Virus record (IMG/VR): IMGVR_UViG_3300032053_000041
Coordinates: 1 to 64,000 of that record
Strand: one strand, 5' to 3'
Origin: a virus
DNA length: 64,000 nt
Shown: in pieces, positions 1 to 10,048 of the stretch
Layout: every line of letters begins with the position of its first letter
Position numbering within the stretch: the stretch's first letter is position 1
Made by a program: the position numbers and the translations under genes
Notes under the pieces: generated by a model
The model's database searches: none
Seen by the model: the letters and a program-made list of their open reading frames with translations, nothing else
What the model was told of the DNA's origin: nothing

Positions 1-115
1 GGTGCGTGTTGAACTCCGCCAGAATCAGCCTGGGGAATGTGACCTGCATCGTGGTCACGCGGTGGTCAGCCGGACTCAGTGAGTCCGCCAGGATCTTTGC
101 TTCGTACGACATGTG

Positions 116-421
116 TTACTCCCTCTCCTTCTGTTTCTCGCTGTACCGCCCAAGCCGCTCCAGCAGCGCCTGCTGCTCTCCCTCGTGCTTCGCCTTCTTC
201 GCCGCGGCGTACTCGTCGAACTCGGCTGTCGCCTCGTCCATAGTTAGCTCCGCTCGGATCCAGCGGTACAGCGTACCGAGCAGCGGACTGGTCAGGCGAT
301 ATAAGGCCATATGTACGCCGTCCAGCACGCGCTTGCGCTCGGCGTCGCGGCCCGCATCCTGGCCGACCAGATAGCCGGAGAGCCAGGCGAGTGGGATCGC
401 GAAAAGCCAGTACGGGTTCAA
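116..421 (-). CDS. hypothetical protein, N-terminal hydrophobic segment
   Basis: ORF coupled (GTGA overlap) to 418..804; hydrophobic N-terminus [16 protein letters not shown]. Confidence 0.55.
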   Translation of the reverse strand: MNPYWLFAIPLAWLSGYLVGQDAGRDAERKRVLDGVHMALYRLTSPLLGTLYRWIRAELTMDEATAEFDEYAAAKKAKHEGEQQALLERLGRYSEKQKERE

Positions 422-804
422 AGCTCCCCTTCCATCACGGTCGCCGTCCAGCCCTCGCGCGCCATCGCTTCCGCAATCTCGGGATCGACCACGCCGTGCG
501 CGTGCGAGCAGTACCAGTCCATGTAGTCGCCCTCGCCCACGATGGTCGCGATCAGGTCGCCCGCCGCCCGGAACGAGTAGCTCGCCGTGTCGCCGTTCTC
601 GTGCTTCCAGTCGACGTTCGAGAGCGAGCCCCAGAGCCGGTGGCCGATGCCTGTGCCCTCGTACCAGTCCGGGCGGCCCAGGTTTGGTGTGTGCTCTTTG
701 CGCAGCCGTTCGCCGAGAGCGCGCTCGACCGCAACCTCGAATAGATCCTCGTCGTTCCGCGGACGCCCGCCCTGCACACCGCCCATGCCTCCGAAGTCTG
801 TCAT
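418..804 (-). CDS. hypothetical phage protein
   Basis: ATG at 804 preceded by GGGAAG; typical codon usage. Confidence 0.6.
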   Translation of the reverse strand: MTDFGGMGGVQGGRPRNDEDLFEVAVERALGERLRKEHTPNLGRPDWYEGTGIGHRLWGSLSNVDWKHENGDTASYSFRAAGDLIATIVGEGDYMDWYCSHAHGVVDPEIAEAMAREGWTATVMEGEL

Positions 805-814
805 GTGCTTCCCT

Positions 815-1015
815 TTAGTTCTGCTTGAGCCCCGATACCGCATCGTAGGCGCGCTCCACATTCTCCATCACATCGTCTTTCGACACGCCGCAGTAAACCG
901 CCGTGGCCGCCAGCGCCGAGAGGAGGATCGTTAGGACGTCAATAGACTTCAGACCAGACCCGCGGAGTCCCAACATGAGCTTCTTGGCCTGAACAGCGAT
1001 CTCTTCATTGGTCAT
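815..1015 (-). CDS. hypothetical protein
   Basis: Short ORF in the coupled minus-strand operon. Confidence 0.5.
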   Translation of the reverse strand: MTNEEIAVQAKKLMLGLRGSGLKSIDVLTILLSALAATAVYCGVSKDDVMENVERAYDAVSGLKQN

Positions 1016-1644
1016 CGTTTCACCAGTCCCTCGCCCGTCTTCCAGCGCCTCTTGTATCCGTGGTGCTTACCGCGATGCCCGAGCGCCAGCCGACAGGCCA
1101 AGGCACCGCCGACGGAGCCTTCACGCCATCGGAACACAACGTCGCAAGTCGGTCCAGCAAAGGCGCGGTGATCCCCGGTGTGGCCAGTCGGCAGCATACA
1201 GCTGAAGTATTTGCCGGACTCGTCGTTGAACGAGAAGGTCATGCCGCACCCCCGCCCGAGAGTGATCGTCCCCTCGGCATGGTCGACGTCTTGGACGACG
1301 ACCTCCGTGTGCATCTTCAACCCAAGAGCCTTCACCAGCTGTTCACCGCTCATGTTGCACTGCGCGTCCTTCTCGACTTGAAGCAGCGGCATGTGCCGGA
1401 GCGTGAGGGCGTCGAGCGGCACCTTGTAGTACCACTCGGCGCGGGCACGCGCGCCGAACCAGTAGTGGTCCCAGGCGACGCCGAGCACGCCGCCGGTCCG
1501 CTTGTGGATCACGAGCCAGCGCTCGACCTGTCCGGTCGGGGCTTTCGGCGTCGCGCTGCTCAGTGGCTTCATAACCGGGAGCGGCGGGAAGGCACGGTGC
1601 GGTTGTGGTGTGTTCTTCAACTTCAGCGGAGTCTTGAGTGCCAT
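1012..1644 (-). CDS. hypothetical protein with two C-x-L-x-x-GH-x-G-x-H metal-binding repeats
   Basis: CMLPTGHTGDH and CRLALGHRGKH; GGAGA RBS before ATG 1644. Confidence 0.55.
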   Translation of the reverse strand: MALKTPLKLKNTPQPHRAFPPLPVMKPLSSATPKAPTGQVERWLVIHKRTGGVLGVAWDHYWFGARARAEWYYKVPLDALTLRHMPLLQVEKDAQCNMSGEQLVKALGLKMHTEVVVQDVDHAEGTITLGRGCGMTFSFNDESGKYFSCMLPTGHTGDHRAFAGPTCDVVFRWREGSVGGALACRLALGHRGKHHGYKRRWKTGEGLVKR

Positions 1645-1801
1645 CACAGTTTCTCCCATATATTCAGAGGCAGGCACCAGACCGCCTCGGCGCGGTACAG
1701 CGTCGCGAGCCGCAGAACCTCTGCGAACGCGCCGTTGAAAAGATCGCACCCGATCCCGCCGCTGATGCGCCCGTCGGCGAAGCCGAAGATGACGGTCGCC
1801 A

Positions 1802-1987
1802 TCATGGAGCCTTCAGCAAGTCGGGGCGGTTCGCGCGGAGCCACCTGAGCAGCGCAGGGAGAGACACCCTCGTGCAGTCGTAGCCGCCCTGATTCGTGGC
1901 GACGATCCACCACGCACCCTTATAAAACTCCAGTGCCGCGTCGTCGGCGAGGGCGAGGTCGCTCGGTAGCTTGATGCGCTCTTTCAC
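1802..1987 (-). CDS. hypothetical protein
   Basis: Short ORF coupled to the ruvC stop. Confidence 0.5.
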   Translation of the reverse strand: MKERIKLPSDLALADDAALEFYKGAWWIVATNQGGYDCTRVSLPALLRWLRANRPDLLKAP

Positions 1988-2508
1988 CGGACCATCCTCG
2001 CTCCCGCGAGCGCCACCGCAATCGCATCGCTCGCGTGCTCGCTCATCACCTTCGGGCAGTCCCTCACGAGGGCACGTACCGCCCGCTGCACCTGCGCCTT
2101 GCTCGCCGTCCGCGGGATGCCGGCGAGCACCGTCTTCACCTGCGCTGGCGTCGGCTCAACGAACCGGACCACCAACGAGAAGGCCCGGACGCGCGCCATG
2201 CCCACGACCTGCTGGACGAGCGCAGCCGCAGCGTTCGTCTGCCCGGTGCGGCGCTTCCCCTCCAGGACTCCGGACTGGTTCTCGCAGGCGAAGAGGGCCT
2301 CGTGCATATGGACGCCCCGGAACAGGTCGGTCGGCACCCCCTGCATCGCCGTGTAGATTTCGTGCATCCGGGAGTGCAGATCCATGCTCGGCGGCGTTCG
2401 GATGGTCTGTGAGTACACGAGCCGCCACGGTTCCTGTATCTCTTTCGTGACGATCGCGAGCCCGCACGAGGCGAGACCGGGATCAATGCCGACTACGGCC
2501 CGGATCAC
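1984..2508 (-). CDS. ruvC: RuvC-like Holliday junction resolvase
   Basis: VVGIDPGLASCGLAIV, ACE, PTPAQVK, ASKAQV, HASDAIAVA carry the RuvC catalytic D/E/D motifs. Confidence 0.88.
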   Translation of the reverse strand: MIRAVVGIDPGLASCGLAIVTKEIQEPWRLVYSQTIRTPPSMDLHSRMHEIYTAMQGVPTDLFRGVHMHEALFACENQSGVLEGKRRTGQTNAAAALVQQVVGMARVRAFSLVVRFVEPTPAQVKTVLAGIPRTASKAQVQRAVRALVRDCPKVMSEHASDAIAVALAGARMVR

Positions 2509-2762
2509 GCCGCAACCATCTCGTCGAGCGCCGCCTTCAGGGCGTTCACACGATCCTGCGTGCGGTTCACGTCCTCTTGCTCGCCGAGTGCGAGTTTCAC
2601 CTGCAGGCCCTCGCGCGAGATTTCGACATGCGAGATGTCGAACTTCCTCGTCGCGAGCAGCGCGAGCACCGCGCGCCTGATCTCGCCCTGGCCCCAGCGG
2701 CTCGACCACCACCAAGGCGTGACGTCACTGATGAGAGAATGTCCCGAGTACTGCTTGCTCAT
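2505..2762 (-). CDS. hypothetical protein
   Basis: AGGAGG RBS; first gene after a sigma70-like promoter. Confidence 0.55.
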   Translation of the reverse strand: MSKQYSGHSLISDVTPWWWSSRWGQGEIRRAVLALLATRKFDISHVEISREGLQVKLALGEQEDVNRTQDRVNALKAALDEMVAA

Positions 2763-2774
2763 GTTGTTCCAGTT

Positions 2775-2816
2775 CCTCCTGGCTAGCCAGTATGGGAACC
2801 GAAACGATTACGTCAA
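2775..2816 (-). promoter_or_regulatory. sigma70-like promoter (TTGACG-N16-CATACT) with GCTAGC site
   Basis: Minus-strand TTGACG at 2816-2811 and CATACT at 2794-2789; 15-mer CCTCCTGGCTAGCCA is identical to 14195-14209. Confidence 0.5.
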
Positions 2817-2884
2817 CACAAGAAAGTCAAGCGTACATGCCTACGTCATTTTGTTTGCGCGAGCATGTGTCGCGAGTGAGCGGA

Positions 2885-3529
2885 CTACTTCTTGAGCATC
2901 GCGCGGGCGGCGGCGAGCACGTCGCTCATCGTGCGCGGGGAAGCGGCGGCGGACGATGCGCTCGCCCGAAGCTGCTGCTCCTCCGGCGCGAGGAGCGCTC
3001 CGACACCCATCATAAAGCGTGTCCCCTTCGCTGCGCCGGCCCACAGGTTGAAAATCCCGATAGCCGCCTGCGGCTGGAACGGAGGCGCGGGGACCGTATC
3101 GAACAACGTCTGCAGCATCGGATCGTACAGCGGAGGCAAGTTCTCTGCGTCGCCGGCCAGTGCAAACTGAAACCGGAAGTTCTCAGGAGCAAGCGAGAGG
3201 TCTGTACCAATCAAGGCAAAAAGCACTGCCAGAAAATTGATCAGCTTCGACACAAACAGGATCTCCAAAACGAACGTGTGTCCGTCGCCGCCACCAGAAA
3301 GAGTCGCGTCGGAGATCCACAGAGCGTAGCTGGGCCCGAGTTTCGCAATAATCTCGACGTTGCGTTCTTGAACGTCAAGCAGAGCCCGCTGAGTGCTGGC
3401 AGCGAGACCATCTGCTGTGGCCGATTGAACAGTCACGAGAAGCTGGCCGCTGGGAGGAAAGGCCGGCGTAGGAACGGGGGGAGGACCGACCAAGGACGGA
3501 TTGACCAGGAGGTTCAGCGAGATCGGCAT
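2885..3529 (-). CDS. GGGDGHTF/AKGTRFM-family protein (paralog 1 of 5), probable virion protein
   Basis: LSGGGDGHTFVLEI ... WAGAAKGTRFMMGV shared with 27825, 34403, 35950, 36424. Confidence 0.7.
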   Translation of the reverse strand: MPISLNLLVNPSLVGPPPVPTPAFPPSGQLLVTVQSATADGLAASTQRALLDVQERNVEIIAKLGPSYALWISDATLSGGGDGHTFVLEILFVSKLINFLAVLFALIGTDLSLAPENFRFQFALAGDAENLPPLYDPMLQTLFDTVPAPPFQPQAAIGIFNLWAGAAKGTRFMMGVGALLAPEEQQLRASASSAAASPRTMSDVLAAARAMLKK

Positions 3530-3560
3530 GCCGAAACAGTGCCAGGACACATGCCTGCAG

Positions 3561-4286
3561 TCAACGCACGCGCGGGCGGACCTCTTTCGCAGCATCTTCG
3601 ATGCTACCGACGATGTCGATGTGCCCCGTCGGGATGGCGTCCGGGCCCCGCGGGTCCCCCTGCCAGGATGTGACCTGCCAGGCGATGCCGGGTCTGGTCG
3701 AGCGCGTGATGGTCTGCCACCCGCCAGGGTAGTCGGTGACCGGATTGGCGTCGGTCACCTGGACGACGTACGCGCCGGTTCGCTCGACCTCGGCGCGGAC
3801 GCGCTCGATGTGCGCTTCGCGCTCGCGGCGCATGCGAGCGATCTGCTCCGCGAAGGTCTCTCGGTCGGCGTTCGCGACGAGCTTACCCGTCCCCCCCGCG
3901 ACCTTCAGCGTTCCCTCGTACCGCACCGAGCCCACGCCGTCGTACGAGACGCGCCAGGCCGTCCTTGGAACGTCGATGTAGCCGCGCACGATCCATTCCG
4001 GGTGTTTGCGCCCAGCCTCTTCCCACGCCTCGTCACGCTCTTCCTCGCTCGCCATCACAGGTTCGTCCATCGCGGCACCGTCGTACCGCAACGCTCGCGT
4101 GTTTTTCAGCGAGACCTTCAGCACAAGCTCTTCGCCGCCATGAGCCTCAACCGCCTCCTCCGCGTAATACTCCGCCAGTTCTGGCTCGGCTGCCAGGTAC
4201 GGATCGCGTAGGCCGTCACGCTCGATCTCGTCGGCAAAGACGGTGGACGTGCCGTGGTACAGCGTGAGTGTGCGCGCGGGGTTCAC
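3561..4286 (-). CDS. ADP-ribosyltransferase-fold protein plus C-terminal domain
   Basis: LYHGTS...IERDGL..PYLA...AEYYA resembles ART/Tpt1-like NAD-binding motifs. Confidence 0.6.
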   Translation of the reverse strand: MNPARTLTLYHGTSTVFADEIERDGLRDPYLAAEPELAEYYAEEAVEAHGGEELVLKVSLKNTRALRYDGAAMDEPVMASEEERDEAWEEAGRKHPEWIVRGYIDVPRTAWRVSYDGVGSVRYEGTLKVAGGTGKLVANADRETFAEQIARMRREREAHIERVRAEVERTGAYVVQVTDANPVTDYPGGWQTITRSTRPGIAWQVTSWQGDPRGPDAIPTGHIDIVGSIEDAAKEVRPRVR

Positions 4287-4606
4287 GACATCCTCGTCGC
4301 GAGTTTAGCAAGCCGCGCCGGGCTCGGAGAGTACGCCCACATGATCAGCGCCAGGTGCCTGCGCGTCGGCACGCCGTCCTGCCAGAGCGGCTCTCCATGC
4401 GCCTTCACCTGCGCCATGTGTCGAGCCACGAAGTTGTCTCGCTTCCGCGCCCAGTGCTCCGACAGCCGATTCGGCTCTCCGCTGGCACGCCGGTACGCCG
4501 TCATAAACCCGCGAGGGCTTCGCGCCACGACCGACACGCCGAGCTTCCTGGCCGCGGACATGTACTGGTCGATGAGCCGGAGGCTCAGGTAGCGCGGGCT
4601 GCTCAC
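4283..4606 (-). CDS. basic hypothetical protein
   Basis: Coupled ORF; GVSVVARSPRGF...RDNFVARH...PTRRHLALIMWAYSP. Confidence 0.65.
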   Translation of the reverse strand: MSSPRYLSLRLIDQYMSAARKLGVSVVARSPRGFMTAYRRASGEPNRLSEHWARKRDNFVARHMAQVKAHGEPLWQDGVPTRRHLALIMWAYSPSPARLAKLATRMS

Positions 4607-5820
4607 AGCGCCTCCCTCCCGTTCTCGACCAGAATCTGCTCGATGTCCTTCCCGCCCGCCGTCGGCGTGTGGCCCGGATCGAAGATCACGATGCGGTCCC
4701 AGTCGTCGGCGTCGCGGGCGATGTGCCAGCCGATATTCAGCAGGTGCACGTCACGGAGGTAGACGCCGTTCGAGGCAAGCATTGAGAGAGACTCACCGAG
4801 CGGCGCGAAGGCGCTGCCGCTGAAGTGTCGATCGAGTCGCGAGATGTACTCCTCGATCGATTCCAGTGACGAGAACGATGGAGAGCCCCACGCGCTCGTG
4901 TCCTCTCCTCGTTTACGTCTGTGCCACGCCTGCGCCGCAAGGCGGTACCTATCGAGCCCCTCGATCGCGCGGGAGAAGTCCCCGTACTGTGCGCTCGGGC
5001 CATACGCCGGAGCATCGACAGGAAGCCCCAGCTTGTCCAACGTGTACTGACTGAAGCGCAGTCCCTTCCGATCGTTCACGAACACCGGTTCGATCCCCTC
5101 CCTCACGATCGCCCAGACCTTCTTCTTCCGTCCACCGTACGGGATGTCCGGCGTGATCCGGTGCAGGCTCTTGATCTCTGGGAAGCCCCCGTCGCCGTAT
5201 CGCTCCTCGTCGAGCAGTCCCTTGATCTTCGACCAGATCGGTCCCTCCGTCGGATCGATCGAGAGCTTCACGACCCACGGCGGCGTGCTCTCGAACACGC
5301 AGCCCCAGTGGCCGCAGCCGAGCATCGTGCCGAGCGGCATACCGATGGCCTTCTCGATCTTGTCGCGCTTCGTGAGCAGCTGCTCGACCCACGCCTTCTT
5401 GCGGACGTTCGCGTTCAACGGTCGCGTAGAAAAGCCGCCGCGAGGTATTCCAACCTGAGCAGCCATCCCTTCCGTCACAGGCCACGCGCCCAGTTTCGTA
5501 GATCCAGATCGCTTGCACTCGTCGAGCGCCGCGAGCACGAGCATCTCTGACAATCCTCGCTTCCGGTACTCAGGCAGGATTCCGAGTGCGGTTACTTCGC
5601 ACGTTTCATACCCCCAGACATCTCTGTCCGAGGCGTCTTTGTCGTAGAGCCATAGCGTCGCGGCGCCGACCATCTTTCCGTCAACGAACAGACCGAGCGC
5701 CTTGCTCGTCGTCTGCAGCAGCAGGCCCTCGCTTTCTACCCAGAGACCTCCTTCTCCATCGCCGAGAAAGCGAGACGCTTCCTCGGCGTCGATCGGTACT
5801 ACTTCAACCGCGGGGATCAC
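4603..5820 (-). CDS. GNAT acetyltransferase - protein kinase-like fusion
   Basis: N-terminal LGILPEYRKRGLSEML (GNAT motif A); C-terminal LGCGHWGCVF, VVKL, DVHLLNI, IFDPG (kinase G-loop, Lys, catalytic loop, DFG-like). Confidence 0.75.
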   Translation of the reverse strand: MIPAVEVVPIDAEEASRFLGDGEGGLWVESEGLLLQTTSKALGLFVDGKMVGAATLWLYDKDASDRDVWGYETCEVTALGILPEYRKRGLSEMLVLAALDECKRSGSTKLGAWPVTEGMAAQVGIPRGGFSTRPLNANVRKKAWVEQLLTKRDKIEKAIGMPLGTMLGCGHWGCVFESTPPWVVKLSIDPTEGPIWSKIKGLLDEERYGDGGFPEIKSLHRITPDIPYGGRKKKVWAIVREGIEPVFVNDRKGLRFSQYTLDKLGLPVDAPAYGPSAQYGDFSRAIEGLDRYRLAAQAWHRRKRGEDTSAWGSPSFSSLESIEEYISRLDRHFSGSAFAPLGESLSMLASNGVYLRDVHLLNIGWHIARDADDWDRIVIFDPGHTPTAGGKDIEQILVENGREAL

Positions 5821-6554
5821 TGCGGAACGACCTTGCAGTTCTTCCCGTAGAGGCTGAAGAGGATGTAGTAAACCTCGTCCGGTGAGGCGGTGCGCGGAAC
5901 TTTCGCGCTCGGGTGAGAGAAGTCCACGATGATTCCGTCGTAGCCGAGCATGCTCAGCAGATGACTCTTCAGGCGCCCACGCTCCCGTGCCGCTGCCACC
6001 TCCTCCGAGGATGCGTCAGGGAACAAGCTCGTTGCGGCTGACAGAGCCCACTTCATCACTTTCTCCATCGGTGACCAGGACTCCTTCACTTTATCGCTCG
6101 TGCCGATGTACTCGTCAGGGCCGGACAAGTACGCGAAGTAGTCCACGGGATTCTGAAGTGTGATGTCGCAGGCGATAATCTGTCCGCCGTCTTGCGCAAA
6201 CTTCCTCGCGCCAAACTCCTTGGACGTGAAGTAGATCCCAGGACCGTAGCTTCCCTCCATCGGATACGCCCTCTCAGGAGCGAAGGCGCGGGCGCTGCCG
6301 TGGTAGACGGCGCGATTCTCTTCGTACTCCTCGCCGTGTTCCTCCAGCCAATCCCGCGTCTGCACCATGAGCGCCGCGGCATGTGCCGCGAGCATCGCGT
6401 CGCCCGGCTCCACCCCGTCCTCGACCATGGCTTCGATGACGTCGTCTGGCTCGACACCGGAGACCGAGAGCGCGGCGGCAGCCCGATCGATCAGGTCGTC
6501 GATGTCGCTCCGGGCGTAGTGATCCGTCACGGCAGATCCGCTAGGTTGTCCCAT
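5817..6554 (-). CDS. ADP-ribosyltransferase-like protein (polyvalent-protein ART type)
   Basis: VYHGS, GSYGPGIYFTS, ARKFA, ITLQNP, LGYDGII, YYILF; start position uncertain. Confidence 0.7.
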   Translation of the reverse strand: MGQPSGSAVTDHYARSDIDDLIDRAAAALSVSGVEPDDVIEAMVEDGVEPGDAMLAAHAAALMVQTRDWLEEHGEEYEENRAVYHGSARAFAPERAYPMEGSYGPGIYFTSKEFGARKFAQDGGQIIACDITLQNPVDYFAYLSGPDEYIGTSDKVKESWSPMEKVMKWALSAATSLFPDASSEEVAAARERGRLKSHLLSMLGYDGIIVDFSHPSAKVPRTASPDEVYYILFSLYGKNCKVVPQ

Positions 6555-7525
6555 CCGGACGCTTCTCGGATCTCCGCCGCTTGCTCCACGGCTTCCATCG
6601 CCTCGTGCGCGGCCGCGCTGTTCGGCTTGAACGGCAACACGATCTGCGGCACCGGCATCGACGGATCGATCTGGCGCTCCCAGCGATACCGTAGGTTCGA
6701 CAGATCCTGATCGCTGAGCCCGGCGCTCTGCCCGATGAGGCCGAGCAGGTTGATTGCGTCGAGCGTGAATCCGCGCACGTCGAGACCGAGGATCCAGAGC
6801 GGATACGCCTCATGGATCCCGTCTCGCTGCAGTGCTTGCCACAAGCCAGCCGGTTCGGAGTGCGTAAACGTAGCCGTGAACGACGCGATGATCAGATTGT
6901 GCTTGAGAGCGCTCTCCCACGTGTAGACGTCCACGGTCATGATCTTCTCGACATCCACATCGATCGTGTTCACGTGCGTGATGTTGCCACCATCGTATTC
7001 TTGGTCCTCGATCCGGTAGGAGTACTCCCTCGTGACGTCCACTCCTTCGTCCGTCTCTTCGTGCTCCTCCGATGCGACGAGCTTCCGCCGTCGCGCAGCG
7101 CTCCACCAAGCCTCGGCTTCTTCGGATCGGGTCCCCTCCATCGAGGAGATCCCGTCACCGGTCGGGCCGTACGACCCTATCTTGTACCGGTCGCGTTCCC
7201 CTTGCTCGTTCCACTCGTGGTTCTGGTGCGCCCCAAGACAGAGTGCCGTGTACAGCGATGTGCCGTAGCCCATCCCCTCTGTCTCGACGCGGTTCCGTCT
7301 CAGCGCTCGTCGCGGGCCACGATTCGGGGTGTGCGACCGAGGCAGGCCAGTGATCGACGATCCGGAATCCTCCCCGTAATACCCATCGCCCAGGTATTCC
7401 CATTCCTGATCCTCCCCGTCCTCGCCCACGGTCGGGAACGCTCTGATGTTGATGTGGCCTCCATCGGCCACCACGAGCACGGGCACCTTCAGCTTCGGGT
7501 TGATGACGACGCCGAGAGCGATCAT
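6527..7525 (-). CDS. GNAT-like NPKL/LGLDVR-family protein (paralog 1 of 3)
   Basis: GVVINPKL, GMGYGTSLY, RSEEAEAWW, ILGLDVR, LRYRWE shared with 31401 and 33001. Confidence 0.7.
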   Translation of the reverse strand: MIALGVVINPKLKVPVLVVADGGHINIRAFPTVGEDGEDQEWEYLGDGYYGEDSGSSITGLPRSHTPNRGPRRALRRNRVETEGMGYGTSLYTALCLGAHQNHEWNEQGERDRYKIGSYGPTGDGISSMEGTRSEEAEAWWSAARRRKLVASEEHEETDEGVDVTREYSYRIEDQEYDGGNITHVNTIDVDVEKIMTVDVYTWESALKHNLIIASFTATFTHSEPAGLWQALQRDGIHEAYPLWILGLDVRGFTLDAINLLGLIGQSAGLSDQDLSNLRYRWERQIDPSMPVPQIVLPFKPNSAAAHEAMEAVEQAAEIREASGWDNLADLP

Positions 7526-7540
7526 GTGCCGCAGGCTACA

Positions 7541-8611
7541 TCAGCGGCCCGCGGCGTGCCACTCGACGGTCCAACCCGAGGGGCCGTACGTGTGACGGGC
7601 CTCCTGCGCAGCCTCGTCGTAGTCGGCGTGGGCTCCGCGAGCGACGTCGCCACCGGCGAGGTGGATGCGCCAGGCACCGCCTGGGGAGTGTCGCCCACCC
7701 GGCACGTTCACCGCGAAGTGGTGCGGCTTCGCGTAGCGCACAGGCGGCACGCTCGGATCGAACGGTCTCGACGACGGCGGAGGTGGCGGACGGCGAGCGT
7801 TCTTCGAGATGAACTGTCCCGGCGGCGGCGTCGAGCCCCCGAAGAACGACGGCGCCTGACCGAGCGAGGTCATCACCGGCACAGTCGGGCTGACCAACGG
7901 GAACTTCAGTGGCGTGGACTTCGGCTTCGGTTTCGGTTTCGGCGCTGGCAGCGCAGGTCGCGCTGGCGCAGGTCGCGCCGCGGGCGGTTGCCAGGCGCCA
8001 ACGAATCCGCCTGGCGTCTGTGCCGGCGACGGAGACAGCGACGGTCGCGCCGGTAGCGACAGCGTCGGGCGCGGCTGGAAGTACTGCGCCATCCCAGGCG
8101 GCAGAGCGTCTCCCAGCATCGCCTCTCGCGCCTCAGGGCTGATCATCGGCGCCGGCACAGTCACGATCGGCACCTTCGGCCGAGCCGGCATGTTCTCCCA
8201 GAACTTCTCCTCGGCGATCACGAGCGCGAACTCGAAGTCCTCGTCGCTCGCGGTGCCGCGCGAGTCTGGATTCGAGACGGTCATGTTGAACACGCCGTCC
8301 TTGCTCGCGCCGAACGTCAGACGTGCCTTCGCCGCGTGAAGGAACATGTGAATCCGGTTCTCCAACTCCGGGTCGATGTACTTCTTCTTCGAGCGTGAGC
8401 CCATCGAAGCGCTCAGTACATGCTCGAAGCTCTCGTCGAGGAATGTGCCGCCGGGGTCGAGCGTGATCGTGAACGCTTCAGGCGTGGCGCCGATGTCGAC
8501 GACAACGCCCTTCGGTTTCTGTGTCAGCCAAGCGATGAGCTTGTCCTGAAAGACCGGGTCGATGTCGTAGAGCGTGATGTCGTCGGCAGAAGACGCGCGT
8601 CTCTTGGCCAT
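7541..8611 (-). CDS. hypothetical protein with Pro-rich linker
   Basis: 356-aa ORF directly downstream of dnaB. Confidence 0.65.
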   Translation of the reverse strand: MAKRRASSADDITLYDIDPVFQDKLIAWLTQKPKGVVVDIGATPEAFTITLDPGGTFLDESFEHVLSASMGSRSKKKYIDPELENRIHMFLHAAKARLTFGASKDGVFNMTVSNPDSRGTASDEDFEFALVIAEEKFWENMPARPKVPIVTVPAPMISPEAREAMLGDALPPGMAQYFQPRPTLSLPARPSLSPSPAQTPGGFVGAWQPPAARPAPARPALPAPKPKPKPKSTPLKFPLVSPTVPVMTSLGQAPSFFGGSTPPPGQFISKNARRPPPPPSSRPFDPSVPPVRYAKPHHFAVNVPGGRHSPGGAWRIHLAGGDVARGAHADYDEAAQEARHTYGPSGWTVEWHAAGR

Positions 8612-8626
8612 TGGTGTTTCCCAGGA

Positions 8627-10048
8627 TCACATGTCCTGGAAACCATCGTACTCGTCGAACTCGCTCCGTTCAAGCAAGTCGAAACGCACGCATTCCTTGG
8701 CGAAAGCGAGCTTGTGGGTGCCAACCGGGCCGTTTCGTTGTTTGCCGATGATGATCTCGGCCCAGCCCTCCAACTCCGGATCTTCGGCGTACATGCTCGG
8801 CCGAAACACGAACAGCACCGCGTCGGCGTCCTGCTCGATGGCCCCCGACTCGCGGAGATCGCTCAGCTGCGGCCGCTTGTCACTGCCCTTCCGTGACTCG
8901 CTCGATCGGTTCAGCTGCGAGAGCGCGATGACGGCGACATTCTCCTGCTTCGCGAGGAGCTTCAACGAGCGCGACACAAGCGCGACCTCCTGCTCGCGGT
9001 TCTGACCCTTGCCGCGCTGCGCCTGCACCAGCTGCAGGTAGTCGACGATGACGACCTTGAGCCCCTTGCACGTGACGTTGCCGACGCGCTTGTTCGCGAT
9101 GTCGGCCTTGAGCTTCTTAACGCGCGCTCGGATCTCCGAGATCGTAATGCCGCCCGTGTCGTCGATCCAGATAGGGAGCTTCTCCATCGTGGCGATGGCG
9201 CTCGTGATCGCTGGCCAATGGTTGCCTACCTCGCGAGGCTTCCGGAATGTACCGAGTTCGATGCGCGTGTGCGATGACAGCATGCGCGTGACAAGCTGGA
9301 TGGACGGCATCTCCAGGGAGAAAACCCCGACGCCTTCGTCCTGCGCGGCGACGTTCACGGCGATGCCCATAGCGAACGCTGTCTTGCCGGATCCTGGGCG
9401 ACCCGCGACGATGTACAGGTCGCCTTCATGTAGGCCACTCATCGCCTCGTCGAGCGGCCCCAGCAGCATCGGCGTGCCAGTGACTGCCGCGCCCCGCTTC
9501 GACATCTCCTGCAGGCTCTTCAGCGCCTCGCTGAGCGTGTCCTTGATCGGAATCAGGAACTTGTCTTGCCGCTGGTGGGCGATCTCCGCGAACCACTGCT
9601 CGGCTTCTTCGAGCAGCGTCTGAACCTCATCGTTCGGGACTGTGCCGCCACGGATGGTGCCGATGATCGTCTGCGCACGCGCCATCGCCTGTCGCAGTCG
9701 CCACTTCTCCCGGACGATGACCGCGTACTCCGCGACGTGCGCGATGTGCGGCACAGAGTCGACGATCTGTCCGAGGTACGGCGTGCCTCCAACCTGCGCG
9801 AGACGTCCGGACGCATGCAGTGACTGCGCGACCGTCACGATGTCGATCGGTTTGTTGGCTTCTCGAAGCTCGACGATAGCCTCGAAGATGCGCTTGTTGG
9901 CGTCCGCGTAACACTGCTCCGGTCCGCAGATGCTGATGACGTCGTCGTAGCGCGCCGGATCCACGAACATCGCAGAGAGCATCGCGGCCTCTGCGTCGAG
10001 ATCACAGATTGGTGCAGCCGTCTGCCGGATCGGGACGACGTCAGCCAT
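8627..10048 (-). CDS. dnaB: replicative DNA helicase DnaB
   Basis: AGRPGSGKT, FSLEM, IVDYLQL, ALSQLNR, RPQLSDLRESGAIEQDAD, KQRNGP. Confidence 0.97.
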   Translation of the reverse strand: MADVVPIRQTAAPICDLDAEAAMLSAMFVDPARYDDVISICGPEQCYADANKRIFEAIVELREANKPIDIVTVAQSLHASGRLAQVGGTPYLGQIVDSVPHIAHVAEYAVIVREKWRLRQAMARAQTIIGTIRGGTVPNDEVQTLLEEAEQWFAEIAHQRQDKFLIPIKDTLSEALKSLQEMSKRGAAVTGTPMLLGPLDEAMSGLHEGDLYIVAGRPGSGKTAFAMGIAVNVAAQDEGVGVFSLEMPSIQLVTRMLSSHTRIELGTFRKPREVGNHWPAITSAIATMEKLPIWIDDTGGITISEIRARVKKLKADIANKRVGNVTCKGLKVVIVDYLQLVQAQRGKGQNREQEVALVSRSLKLLAKQENVAVIALSQLNRSSESRKGSDKRPQLSDLRESGAIEQDADAVLFVFRPSMYAEDPELEGWAEIIIGKQRNGPVGTHKLAFAKECVRFDLLERSEFDEYDGFQDM

